The notes: generated from the sequence alone by a model not told the origin. A stretch of DNA of 63,743 bases, filler included, from Diploschistes diacapsis (GCA_023645945.1; 15 parts of 15 records of this genome joined end to end with filler, not necessarily neighbours in it), one strand, 5' to 3'; numbered from the whole stretch's first letter, positions 12,930 through 24,982 are shown. Translations and numbers: made by a program.

Positions 12930-14151
12930 AGAGACGGCACGGTGTCGGATGCTGTGGAGTTCCTCGAGCGTGGATCTTTTTGTTTTCTTTTCGTTTTGGT
13001 TCCGCTACATCATCCGTGGACAGGAGCAAGGGCGGCGCGTTTGCCGGATGCCCAATCATGTCTTTTGCAAAGCGTTTATTGTCAGAGAGAGTGCGGTTAA
13101 TGATGTGGTTGCCGCTATCTGAACAGGACGGGGGGGACACAGAGTTGCGATTTTGATTGCATGTACAGGTATCGCATACGTGCGTGGACTTGTTTCGTTA
13201 TCGTTATCGTTATCTGCCGTCGCTGTTGCTGTTACACGGTTTGTATAAAGGCGTCGATAGATAGATAGGTTGCGACAGGACGGGGGGACAGGATATAGGA
13301 TAGGTTAGGTTCCTATAAAAAGAATACAGTTAACAATGCATCACTTTCCACCTTCCGTCTTCACTCTCAACGCCATACCCAACAGCGCTTCCCCGCTGCT
13401 ATCCGCACCTCTGGAATCGCCCGGCCTATCGTCTTGTCCGTTTGATCGCCCAGTTGCCATTGCTCGATGATCTCCCCTCCCGGCATCCCGAGGGGCTCGT
13501 CTCGCCAGAGCCCCTCGTCCTTCCTCCACTCCTTCCCATTCTACCTGCTGTTTTTAGCTTGCCCCTTCCACTCGCCTCGTTCTGGCCTAGCCGTCGAACA
13601 CACCGACCACACTGACGCCCCGCCGGCCGTGGCGCCTGCACTACGCTATGGACGGTCTATTACTAAGCCATCAAACCAGCCTCCGCCGCGCTGCGCACAG
13701 GGTACGCCATAGCTGTCGCTGTCGCCGTAGATATCGTAAAAATTAGGCTACCTCAGAGGCGTGATGGAGGAAAAGATGAGGAGGTTACGAGACGAGATGC
13801 TTTGAGATTGGGGCAGTGCGTCCCATGTCCCACGGGGCGTAAGGAAGTGCGGAAGACGGGGTCCTGGCGCGATATAGAGAAATAGGTTGGCTGGGGGGGG
13901 CGGGCAGAGTCGTTTGGACTAGGGAGGAGGGGAGAGGGACGGTGCGTGCGTTGCTGGCCGGGCTGGCTTTGAAACCTGTGCGGTCTCGCATGTTTATGTC
14001 GGTTTTGGTTCAATACTGGCACGTTCCGGGATCGTTGGGTCTTTTGGCTGTGTGGGCCTAGCGGTACTACACTGGCGCGCTTTTTGCAAGATCACACTTG
14101 AACTGGTTCACCTTACTGTAGTTACATGGATAGGATAGGATTTATTTTCTC

Positions 14152-14511
14152 CGAGATGGTTCAGGAGCACCACCTGCTCCCACCCCTATCCACATATAGT
14201 GTGCCTGCCAAGCTGTTTAGCTTATATCTGGCTCCTATAGTAATTGGTATACATTACATATACGAGCCACAGCTGACACTGTCGCAAGCAAATTATCTAG
14301 ATATTGATGATCTGGATAGCCTGAAAAGCGACGCATTAAGCTCTAAGAATGAGCTCTAAAGTGTATAAAAAACCATGAAATAATGATAGATGTTATCACG
14401 TGACTGCAAATTTGTATGGGACATAACTTAGCGTATACGCAAATTAATTATCAGCCCTACAGGATTTGTATGGACAGGGTTGGGAGCAGGTGGTGCTCCT
14501 GAATCATCTCG
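14152..14511. mobile_element. Non-autonomous TIR element (MITE), 360 bp
   Basis: ~45-bp imperfect terminal inverted repeats: cgagatggttcaggagcaccacctgctcccacccctatccaca at the left, tgtatggacagggttgggagcaggtggtgctcctgaatcatctcg at the right. AT-richer interior. Flanks attttctc / tttttctc match at 7 of 8 bases, like a TSD. Confidence 0.8.
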
Positions 14512-15482
14512 TTTTTCTCCCGCACACCTCTTCTTCAGCAACCTGGGCATCTTTCCCCATTCCTTTTTTTTCTTGCCTTTTTTTTCTTTCTTCTTTGCTT
14601 CTTCCTTTGTGCCGCTTGAACCTGCAGCTGTGACGTAGCACCGCTTTGAGACTTCGCCGATTGATTATATCTCGTGCCCATATTCATGCACCCCGCCCCT
14701 GCGCCGCGGACCGGTGGCGGCGGCAGCGGCGGCGGTGCTTGTGGGGAAATAGCCCGTTCAATCACGGGCTCGTCATGGTTCTTTGAATATGGTGGGTAGG
14801 GCAGCTGGTGAGCCACTTCTTGCTGGGGTTTTCCTACCTTCCTTTTGGGAATGGCCTAAGGTGTGCGTGGTACGGCGGATTGAAGAAAATTGATCGCTGG
14901 TAAAAGCAAAGCATGGTGGCGATGCTCCAGACCCTTGCCGGCAGCTGTTCCGGCAAGAGTGCATCATACAATCGAGGGCTTGTTCTACAACTTATGAATT
15001 TACTGCCTATAAGTCTTATACATCATGACGCCCGCCACCATCGAACAGAGATGAAGCATAGTAACCGCCATGTGTGACCTCCAATGGGCTTGCCTCATGA
15101 GGCACAGACAAAACCACAAGCACCACAGGCAACCTTTGTGCAGTGGAACACAATATGCCGTGAGGCACAGCTACCATCTGTATTACCAAACAGTCAACGT
15201 GGACCGTATTGAATGGCAGCGCCTGCTCGAGATGCGAGATGATCTTCACATAAGCCACCGTGCAGCAAGGGCTGGACATGATCTACCCGCTCATGCATGG
15301 ACTTGACTCGGACCGAATGATCTGAGAATTAGTTTTCCTCTGTGTTGCTGTCAGTATCTTTCTAACGTTATTCTGATTTGCTGTATGTTGTCTTGGAAGG
15401 GTTTGTATTTGACCATCCTGGTGTCCCTGCTCTTGTTGTCTTCCCGTAAGCCCTAGAAGTTTGCCCGTGAGTCTACTTTGCG

Positions 15483-17093
15483 ATGTCGGTTTATCACACG
15501 AGACAAATCCCTGGATTCGAAGATTCACCCTCTCAAATTCCTCCGCCAGGGGTAATCCCCAACTTTTCCGATCCAGAGAGCAAAGCCTTTCAAGCCTATA
15601 TCACCGCTGCCGTGTTGCTTCCCGTTATCGTGGCCTTTGCTGCGGTCCGGCTGTATGCCAAGGTTGTTATCCTCCGTTCCAGAACGAAGGATGACTGTGA
15701 GTCTCGAATCTACATATGATATTACGTGTTGACTTGAGTGAGGGGCATATCCTGTGGCAGTGGTATGGAAGAATTTCCATCGAATCCGACTACCATTGAT
15801 ATATTGTAGGCTTCTGGCATCACCTACATGGCGATGGTCCTTGTGCGTATGTTATCAGCCAAACACACTGAAAGTTACCAGAGAGCTCACAGTCACAGTC
15901 GTACGCTATGGAGGCGTTGGGGTTCATGGCTGGGATTTAAAAATGGGTATCGTGACTGCGGATCAAATGCGGGTCAGACTGTCCCTATAAAGCGCTGCAC
16001 TGTGCTAATATCTTGAAAGTTGGCTCTGGCCGTCGAATCAATGTACGGTCCGTTCCTCTGGCTGAACAAGCTTCCCCTGTTTCTTTTGTTTCTTGAGGTC
16101 TTCGGACGCTTGAGATGGCTCAGGATTCTCACTTGGTTCGGTATGCTCGTTTCTGGTCTCCTGTACATTTCAGGGGGGATCGTGATTGCTGTGTCCTGCG
16201 CTCCAAGGACCGGGACAACCCAGGTGGACTATCTCGACTCCTTTGGCTCCTCGAGTTGCAGCTTCCAAGGAACATCCGTTGATACGTTACTGCCAGACAT
16301 AGTCAACATCACCAGTAACCTGTTCATTCTTGTTCTGCCTATGCCGGCCATCTGGTCACTCAAGCTATCTATACGCAGGAAGATTGGGGTGTCCCTGATC
16401 GTACTTACAGGGCTAAAGTAAGCGTTAAAAGCCCAGAAACAACACCTCAACTGACTAAATCCGCAGCACCGTAGTATGTAGCGTCCTACGCTTTTACTAT
16501 AGAGTACAGCTGAGAAACGGTAACGACTACACCTGGGACCTACTGCCCGTCTATGTCCTCACGTGAGCCGCTCATTCCCATCCGTTCCCATCTCACGCAA
16601 ACCCGCAACTAACCCCAAACCTCACCCCAGCATAGCTGAAATAGCCTGCGGCCTCATAATCCCCTGCATGCCCTCCCTCTCCGTCGTCTACCACCGCAAA
16701 GTCCGCCGCCTCGCCTCGACCTTCACAACACGCAGTAAACACTTCCTCCGTCGCAAGGCCTCGCCAACTGCTTCGGACGAAATACTTGAGGGCGCCAAGG
16801 ATCGCAGGGGTCCGGGCGCTGAGGGAGAATACGAAATGATTGGCGATTCGATAGAGAAGAGTAACCAGGGGCGGGGGCAGGGTCAGGGGCCGAGACCGAC
16901 ATCGTGGCCTGAAGAGAATGTTTGGCCGGTGGCGGCGGAGGAGGAAGAGGACGGAGAACAGGGACAAGGGGAGGGGATGGGGATCAGGCGGACGACGGAG
17001 ATTCTGGTGGTTAGTGGGCCGACGGGATCCGAAGGGGCGGGGTGGGGAAGCCCTGGTGTTTTCGACGGGAGAGCAAGAGGCGCTCTCGCGTAG
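15483..17093 (+). CDS. PTH11-like (fungal rhodopsin-domain) integral membrane protein, no CFEM seen
   Basis: Spliced reading gives PPPGVIPNFSDP, VRLYAK...DDW, GVGVHGWD, DIVNITSNLFILVLPMPAIWSLKL..RKI and EIACGLIIPCMP, which are hallmark motifs of this family. Several short GT-AG introns (e.g. 15697-15742, 15763-15809, 15973-16019). Confidence 0.85.
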
Positions 17094-17401
17094 TATGAGC
17101 AACATATCGCGACAATTAACCCCTTTGATAAGGGGTCACGTGTACTACTTCCCTGCGGCATGTGACACGTATTTCCCCCCGTCTTCAGTAGTATGCCGGT
17201 CACACATGGGAGAACCTCGCAGCTTCTATTCGGCATGGGCCCGTTCTGCTGCGCGACGCTGCTCCTTTCAGCGGATCTACCTCTTTTACTGACCGTGTTT
17301 ACGGGTTGGATAAAGAAATGATTGGGCAAAGTCCCAATCTTGTCACAGTCTAACCCCCCCTCTTAAGTCTCGCCATTGCGAACTTATTTTCCATATTACC
17401 A

Positions 17402-17790
17402 ATGCTAATAACAAGCCTCCCACATCCTCCACTGCAACAGCGTCCTGGACGCCTACGGTCACTTCTCCGTCCGCTCGCCCCTCAGCGCATCCACACTCTA
17501 CCTCATTACAGGTTGCTATTTGATATAAAAATTCGCCTCTCCAGTCTCCCCCAACGCGCCGCAGGGCTAAATTGAGCGCAACATCCTACGCTGCGGTCCT
17601 GCACTAGTATCCAGGGTAATCTGCATCATCCACTCCCACTGCGAGGACGCCGTTTCCTGCTCCATCCTGCCCCAAGGCCCCGCACTCAGGCCCGTCTGGC
17701 ACATGGCCGGCTTCCTCGGCAGCGCCGGCAGCCCCGTCTTCGACCTCGAGCTCTACTACGGGCCCGAGGACCCGAGGGGGCCTACTGAGA
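17402..17790 (+). pseudogene. Class II aldolase/adducin-family pseudogene
   Basis: Fragments HILHCNSVLDAYGHFSVRSP (from 17421) and ICIIHSHCEDAVSCSI...LRPVWHMAGFLG..PVFDL match fungal class II aldolase motifs. They are interrupted by frameshifts and stops (TAA ~17568, TAG ~17604) and truncated at the 3' end. Confidence 0.75.
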
Positions 17791-19192
17791 CGGACTCCGG
17801 GGCTGGGCTCGGCGTTGGCGGCGTTTTTCTCGTCGAACAGGTCAGCTTGCCGGCTACCTACCTAGCTTTGGCCTAAACGTGGAGTATATGAAGCCATAAA
17901 TCCGAAAAAATTACCATGTCCTGATATGCTTTGTGATACCAAGTCCTAGAGCTTGGCCGCAAACAGGAGTACCCTCTGTGAGCTGGAGCACATATGACTA
18001 TTTTATCGTGAAGTACCCTGCCATCTCGTCTTTCTCTAAATCGGCGACTTCGTCGAGACGGAGTAAGTATTTTTGTCATATATTCCTTCTCCCTCGCTCT
18101 TAACCCTCCACGCCCAGTGCCCACATCCCAGCTCGAACTCGCCCCATCTGCTTTCCATCATCAACCTTCGCGAACTGGATAGTATATCATCCTCCTCTCC
18201 CTCCACCTGCTCTCCAGCAACGCCCTGATCGATAGGCACAGCAACTCTAATTTCTTAAACTTACGTTCACCTTTGGCTCACCTCAAGCATGCCTTCCCTC
18301 GCCGTCGTCGCTGTCGCCACCCCTCCCTCCCTCTTGCTGCCTGCAGATATAGCGAGCGCACAGGATTGTCCATGATATAGTGGACACCGGATACCGGAGA
18401 ACTGCGTATTATGACCTGGGTTACTTGGGGCTTGAGAGATGTGGAGAGCGGAGGGTATGAGGAGGGTGAAGAAATGGGGGATTTGTTTATGGGATGGTAG
18501 TGCTATGGCGACCAGCGTTAGTGGCGGGAGTGGGGATGAAGGTGGTGATGGTGATGGTAATGGGTGCAGCGATGGCAAGAGAGAAGGGAGTGGGCGGCGT
18601 TTGGTAGAGCTGGGTGGAGGTGGTGCGGTGTATGGGCTGCATCATGAAGTGCTCAGGTCTATCTAGTGGGTTATTATCCTTTTGGGAGGAAAGGGGGCAT
18701 TAGCAGCTTCCATGCAACATCTATTGTTCAAAACCACTGATTTACCTGCGGTGTGAGTTTCGGGGACGAAGGTAAGTGACAGTACTTTGTCGAAACGTGT
18801 TGTTGTGATGAAGAGACACTGATGAGGACATAGGGAACCGTTGCTGCGCCCAAGCATCGATGGATGGTACGCTTCCTAAAGCTTGCTTTTGAGGGCCCCC
18901 CTTTCTGTCCCCATGATTCGTTGGTCATTATAGCTGTAGCTTACAAATATCTCCTAATAAAATCATTACAATACAAACCAACCCACAAACATAGACTCCT
19001 ATACGCAACCCCTAGTTCAATAAGAAGCTACAAGCAGAACACCTAATCTTCTAACACTACCAAACAACCATAAATAACCCAGCCAAATTCAAGTTAACAT
19101 CGTCAGGATTCCATTACCTAATCCCTTGCTCCCATGTTCATTTCCCTTATGGTATCTCTATAAAACTCATATAGATTCGGATTCACCATCAT

Positions 19193-19404
19193 GATGTCTT
19201 GGCCGAGTGGTTAAGGCGACAGACTAGAACCCCGTTGAAAACTTCTGGCGAGCTCGCCCCGTCGCTCGTTCGAATCCCAGATCTGCAAGCTAGCAAGCAA
19301 GCAACTGGCAGATTCGCCAGCGCATGGCTCAAGCTCTCTCAGGGGGATAGATGGGCATAAATCTGTTGGGTTCGCCCGCGCATGTTCGAGTTGTGCAGAC
19401 ATCG
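19193..19404 (+). tRNA. tRNA-Ser(AGA) with a 131-nt intron (19230-19360)
   Basis: Acceptor stem GATGTCT/AGACATC; D arm TGGCCGAGTGGTTAAGGC; anticodon stem ACAGA/TCTGT around CT-AGA-A^A; Ser-type long variable arm GGGTTCGCCC; G73 discriminator; TTTTT Pol III terminator immediately after. Confidence 0.85.
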
Positions 19405-20057
19405 TTTTTATTTTTCCTTCTTTTTGGTCTTGGCGAGGTTTGGTTGGGGATATGTTTTTGGGGTACGTATGTGACTTTAATGGGCTACGCTGTTTTTTCT
19501 ATGGGTAAAAAACTAGGGTTCTTCTGGTAACAACTAATCCTTCTCTCAGCTGGCGTTGGATACGTGATTGTTAAGAAATCCGCACAATCATCTCATTCCT
19601 AATCGGTAAGAATCTAGGTCTATAATGGCTAGGCACCCATCCTGGCGAGGGTTTTGGGGGAAACCTCACATGCAGGACGTTCCTAAAGCGAGGCTACTGG
19701 GTATAGCACCTATTGCTCGTATAATTTCACTTTGTGTGTCTCATGGCCTAAGACTATCATGATAAAACAATAGCTCATACGCTCGGGTCCTGCTGGAATC
19801 AGCGCCTGATGCCAAGACCAGCATATCAGCAGGATTTGCCTGATTTGGTAAGTGTGACTGCGCTCAGCAAGCCCTCTTTTTCCCATGCGGATAAACCCAA
19901 AAATTCTCCACCATAAGGGTCTTGCGCATTGGCTTCGACTTTTAAATCTTCTGGAAATCCTCAGTGGTTCCTCGCTGCAGCATCTCTGGGCGCTTTGTGT
20001 CCTGGATAGAGTACTGCCGGTTTTGATTACGGTCTGTATCTAGAAGCTGCTTCCAAC

Positions 20058-20059
<2 letters not shown>

Positions 20060-20092
<33 letters not shown>
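20060..20092. repeat. (CT)n microsatellite
   Basis: About 16 CT units. Confidence 0.95.
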
Positions 20093-20096
<4 letters not shown>

Positions 20097-21627
20097 CAGC
20101 GTAGTGGCCTCGCTACTTATAACAAAGCACGCATAGAATACTGAATGCGTCCCGCCAAATAAATACAAGCTTCCGATTCTCGTAGCATACAGCGCAAAGC
20201 TATTCGATTTCACGACGCTCCCATCTCCCCAATATCTCAGCAACCGGAAGGATACAAAATGGATGTAGAACCTCAATCTGCCGTGTGTTTACAACTATTC
20301 TATTTCATCTTATGGCACCTTGCTCCTCGCCTCTCCTCACCTCTTGAACGCGTTCTGCTTAAGCGCCTCTCCTCCTTTGCCTTGGTTCATCCGGTCGATT
20401 TTTCCCAATCCCTCTCCATTCCCCTTTCCATCCCCCGCTTTACCACTACGTCTTACGTAGTATCTCCGCTTCGCAGCCTTGAAGCCCTCAGGAGTTCGGC
20501 TGCGTATGAGCAGCGCCTACTTCGTCGGAATCGAAGGGCAAAAGTCTCGTACCATCGTCGCTTTTCCATCTTAGTCGATGCCGCGCCCCTTTCTGGTTCG
20601 GGCGTCACTCCAGGGTCGCGATAGATCATGCAATCGCCTCCTCTTTCGCCATGCCGTCGGGGGGGGGGGGGGGTTGCGACATAATTATTCTACGTCTTAG
20701 ACTGAGCTTCACTCATCCAGGAAGTTGGCGCCACCTTCACAAGCCCCATCTTATAAAACACGCTGTAACACGGCGTGCATGACCCCCCCCTTCCTCAGCT
20801 CTTCTCTCTTTAACACGTCTGCTTCCTCCTCTAACGCGTGTGGCTCTTTCATTTCGCATGGCAAGTTGGAGCCAAAGGCCTGACTAAAACCCCCGCGCAA
20901 CCCCCCACTCCTTTCTACGTGCTCTGCTAGGAACAGGTGTATGTGGATTAACTAGCTAAGGGATCGGGAGGACGGATAGGGAAACGAGGACGAACTGCGG
21001 TACAGAGGAAGTGGGTTCCATCTGGCGCCAGTGAGGAATGGCAAATGATGATAGCAAGTTGCCATAGACCGGTGGAGTGTACTCCAAAACCGTAGGCTGG
21101 GGCGCTGCGAGGGCCTGAGATTGCACGCTCTTTGTGGCGATGGGGAGAACTGGGAAAGAGAAACGGGACGGGAGAGCGAAGAGTTAAGAGAAAAGGGGAT
21201 GTAGGATGGGGGGAAGGCGTAGAGGGGAAAGGGAATGGAATAAAGAGAATATGCTGACGCTGTCATAGCTTTGGCATTTTGGATCGGGGTGTGGGATTCA
21301 ATGTATGATTCACCTCTGGCGGAGGAGAGTAAAAAGTTGAGGGGAGCAATTTGAGCGTAAAGCTCGATAGAGCGACGATCCCCGGCTAAAGGTTTCCCAA
21401 CCTTGTTTCCAGAAGTCTATCTATCCCAGCTGAATGGGCGCTTTTCTGACACAAGTCCATGCGCACAATGCTTCCAACACCAGCTCTGCAAAGACAGCCC
21501 CACTTCCCCCAACGCCATTTCCTATCAGGCCCCAATTCCAACTTCCACATGGCCCCCCTGCTTCGCCGCCAAGGTGCTGCACCCCAAAGGATCCGTCCTC
21601 CACTTCCCCCAACTACCCCCCTCACCC

Positions 21628-21727
21628 NNNNNNNNNNNNNNNNNNNNNNNNNNNNNNNNNNNNNNNNNNNNTTAATTAATTAANNNNNNNNNNNNNNNNN
21701 NNNNNNNNNNNNNNNNNNNNNNNNNNN
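21628..21727. other. Artificial contig-joining spacer (first of 14)
   Basis: N44-TTAATTAATTAA-N44, which stops all six frames. Repeated at 23200, 24772, 26343, 27913, 29482, 31051, 32620, 34188, 55910, 57477, 59044, 60611 and 62178. Confidence 0.98.
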
Positions 21728-22158
21728 TTTTTTATTAGCGGGGGTTATTATTTATAATAAATCGGCGGATAATACTTTCGAGTTCGGTTATCGTAGACTT
21801 ACTCGAATATTTAATTCGATTAACGTTTTAAATTCTCGTCACGAGTGCGAAGATAAAGTAAGTTTTTCGAATATAAAACGCTAGCGTAAAAAAGGATACT
21901 ATTTTATCGAAAATTAAATCTAATCAGGAAGAATTAGATATAGCTTAAATATTTATAAATAAAATATCTCGATTCGAAAAGCTAAAGAAGAAACTATTTA
22001 AATGAAAGGAGGGTATCGTTAAATAATATAGGTGCTAGTTTACCGGGGTTCGGGGACTACTTATCTACACAGCCACCCCCTGACCCTGCCGTGTCTTGGC
22101 AAGCACCTGGGCATTGACCCTGCCGTGGCTTGGCAAGCCCCTGGGCTGGGCTGTCTCA
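21728..22158 (-). mobile_element. LTR-like repeat family A terminus (TGAGACAG...), 34-bp-repeat subfamily
   Basis: Ends ...gggctgggctgtctca at 22158. Homologous to 25577, 29582-29872, 58136 and 59960-60246. Two 34-bp tandem units (22081, 22115). Confidence 0.75.
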
Positions 22159-23199
22159 TTCTTATTTCAAAATTAGATCTAGATTGAATTATTTAAACTA
22201 AAGAATATTCGTTGATTAAAGTCTTAAGGAGTCATATCGCGTTAATCGTTAATAAGTAGGAAACAACCAGCGACATTAAGCTAAGATTATCTCGAATTAG
22301 TATTCTAAAGAATTATAAAGAGGTTATTAATGACCTAATCTTTAAGAAAGAATAGAAAGAAACAATAGAAAAAAAAATCGATTCTTTATTCCTAAATCAG
22401 ACCTAGACTGAACTACCTGAACCAAAGAATACCAATATAATAAGCTTAAGATAGGTATTTAACGTAAAATATAATCTTAATGGCGATATTAAGAGGTTTA
22501 AAACTAGATTAATCGCAAAAAGGTTCTCGCAGCAGAAGAAAATCGATTATAACACGATATTTGTTCTTATTATTCGAGCGGACTTCCTACGTATCTTACT
22601 AACGATTATCGCAGTAAAAGATCTAGAATATTATTAAATAAACGTCAATAATACGTTTACGGAAACGTCGTTAACGCATTAAATCTATATAGCGCCACTT
22701 AAAGGATATAGCGTCCCTAAGAATATTATATTAAAGATTAATAAAAGCTTATACGGATTAAAATAAACAATAAAGAATTAACACGAGAAATACGGTAATA
22801 TAATCCTAAATCTAAGATTTAAAAGATACGACGCCGATCCTTATATTTTCATTTTATAAAATCGAAAGCTATTAATTAATTTATACGTCGACGATATTAT
22901 CGTAATAACACCTAAATTACGAGACGTGAACTAGTTTAAGAAAACCCTCGCTGAACGTTACAAGATTAAGGATCTAGAGGAGATTAAAAAGATCCTAGAA
23001 ATAAGAGTTCAGCGACAACGCCAGAAAATAATTTAGCTGAACCTTGATCAAGAAGTTTCCGCTAAGAAGATACTCGATTAGTTCAAGATGGCAACGGACA
23101 CGTATAAAGATTAAAAGATCTTACTTAATAAATATAGCTACATTAAATAAAGCGACTCGTCTAAATCAACGAATAAGATTTAGTATTAAAAAATAATTA
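22159..23199 (+). mobile_element. RIP-degraded Ty1/Copia reverse transcriptase relic
   Basis: Translates to VFNVKYNLNGDIKRFKTRLIAKRFSQQKKIDY (Copia KARLVARGFSQ..GIDY), KINKSLYGLK and LYVDDII (22881), with many premature stops. Confidence 0.85.
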
Positions 23200-23745
23200 N
23201 NNNNNNNNNNNNNNNNNNNNNNNNNNNNNNNNNNNNNNNNNNNTTAATTAATTAANNNNNNNNNNNNNNNNNNNNNNNNNNNNNNNNNNNNNNNNNNNNT
23301 CTTATTTTTTATAAGATATGGAAGGGCTTTTAGACAATTCCTTAAATTAACCCCCATTATAAACATAAAACGCGCTGTTTAGGGAGACTTCCCTTATTAT
23401 AGTAGATAAGTAGTCGTAGGTGGTGTAGTAAGGGAATGTAGTGTGATTTCGTAGTCAACAGCATACTTAGGTAAGACATTTGTAAAATGTAGGATGCTTT
23501 AATTGTCTAGAGTTACCTAGCAGGCCTCCTTAAATGGAGCTGCCCTGAGGGGACCTATCCCCACCAAGTCTATAGCCTACATTTCTGTTTACATTATATA
23601 AACCTATTAAAGTTCACGACGATAAAGAAATTTAACCCGAGATAATTTCGTTGGTCAAAATTTTCGGACGATACCGTTTCACGATCAAGAAAATCGCAAA
23701 AAAAGTAAACGAACGAGTTAACGCGTTAAACAAACGGCCAAATTA

Positions 23746-24392
23746 GGCTGGCCGTTCCGTGCCACTGACACTGACACTGACACCGCAGCAAAAATTTTCT
23801 CGACACTGACACTGACACTGACACTGCACTGTAGTGAAAGCACGGACACGGATATCGCAGTTAAAATTTTTAAAATACTGACACTGACATTGACATTGTA
23901 CTGTAGTGAAAGCACGGATACGGATACCGTAGCTAAAAAATTTAAAACATTAATATTGATATTAATACTGCATTTCCGTGAATCCATTGACATTAACATT
24001 GATATTGTAGTGAATTCATCGGAACACCGTAGTGAATTTTTTTTTAAAAATAAAAGCGTGAGAAATAGGCGTGATAATTCTAGAATTATTAAAAAAAAAG
24101 TGTTTCGGTGAATGTACGGATAAGGATATTATATTTCCGTGAATTTATTAACACGGATATCGCAGTAAAAATTTTCTCGGCACGGACATTAATACGGATA
24201 TTATATTATAATGAAAGCACGGACACGGATACTGTAATTAAAATTTTTAAAATATTAATATTAATACGGACACTGCACTTCCGTGAATCCACGGACACGG
24301 ATACCGCAGCTAAAAAATCTAATACACGGACATTGACACTGTCAGTGTCCGTGTCACTGACACGGCCATGTCAGTGTCAGTGACGGCCAGCC
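23746..24392. mobile_element. TA-flanked TIR element filled with ACTGAC/ACGGAC hexamer arrays
   Basis: ta|ggctggccgt ... acggccagcc|ta. The interior consists of cactga/cacgga repeats. A second copy ends at 63481. Confidence 0.75.
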
Positions 24393-24394
24393 TA

Positions 24395-24771
24395 TTATGA
24401 ATACCATTAAAGCTATTTAACGAAACTATCATTTCGAAAGAATGACACAATACGTTATAAATTTCATTAAATAATACGAGAGCTGCCAAATGAACAAATA
24501 CTCTACGTATAGAAGATACGGGATTCCGTATACTATTAAGAAACCAGATCAACCATAAAAAACAATCACAATGGACTTTATAGTCAAATTATTAATATTT
24601 AAAGATTTAGTAATAGGTGTTCTATATGACAGCATTGGGGTTATAATGGACAAATTTAATAATAAACCACATTACATACCTTTCAGAGAAGCTTATAACG
24701 CAAAAGTATTATATAATATATGGATAGATTGGGTTATGAAAATTCATAAATATTTAAAGGAAATAATTAAC
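24395..24771 (+). mobile_element. Ty3/Gypsy integrase relic
   Basis: ITMDFIVKLLIFKDLVIGVLYDSIGVIMDKF...HYIP matches the Gypsy integrase core start (MDFIxKLP...YDSIxVxVDRLTK). RIP-mutated. Confidence 0.8.
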
Positions 24772-24982
24772 NNNNNNNNNNNNNNNNNNNNNNNNNNNNN
24801 NNNNNNNNNNNNNNNTTAATTAATTAANNNNNNNNNNNNNNNNNNNNNNNNNNNNNNNNNNNNNNNNNNNNCAGGGGGGGAAGTTCACCTGAACTGAACT
24901 TCCCGGTTACCCGAACTGAACCTCCCGGAATTAGATCGAGCCTGCCATGCCTTCTGCCTGTCCGCCCAACAGATTATATCTA

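Noticed and set aside
7386..13156. Long antisense and alternate-frame ORFs over the PKS (e.g. 7386-8294, 10578-11417, 12334-13140)
   Set aside because: These are shadow ORFs expected from GC-rich codon bias.
13123..13293. Short direct repeat acaggacggggggaca downstream of the PKS
   Set aside because: Two short low-complexity copies in the 3' region with no further structure.
19230..19360. Self-cleaving ribozyme or group I intron inside the tRNA intron
   Set aside because: I could not fit HDV-like, twister or hammerhead cores, or group I P/Q/R/S elements.
23718..24383. ORFs with SVSVSV/TDTDT repeats (also 63399-63602)
   Set aside because: They are translations of the hexamer DNA satellite, not proteins.
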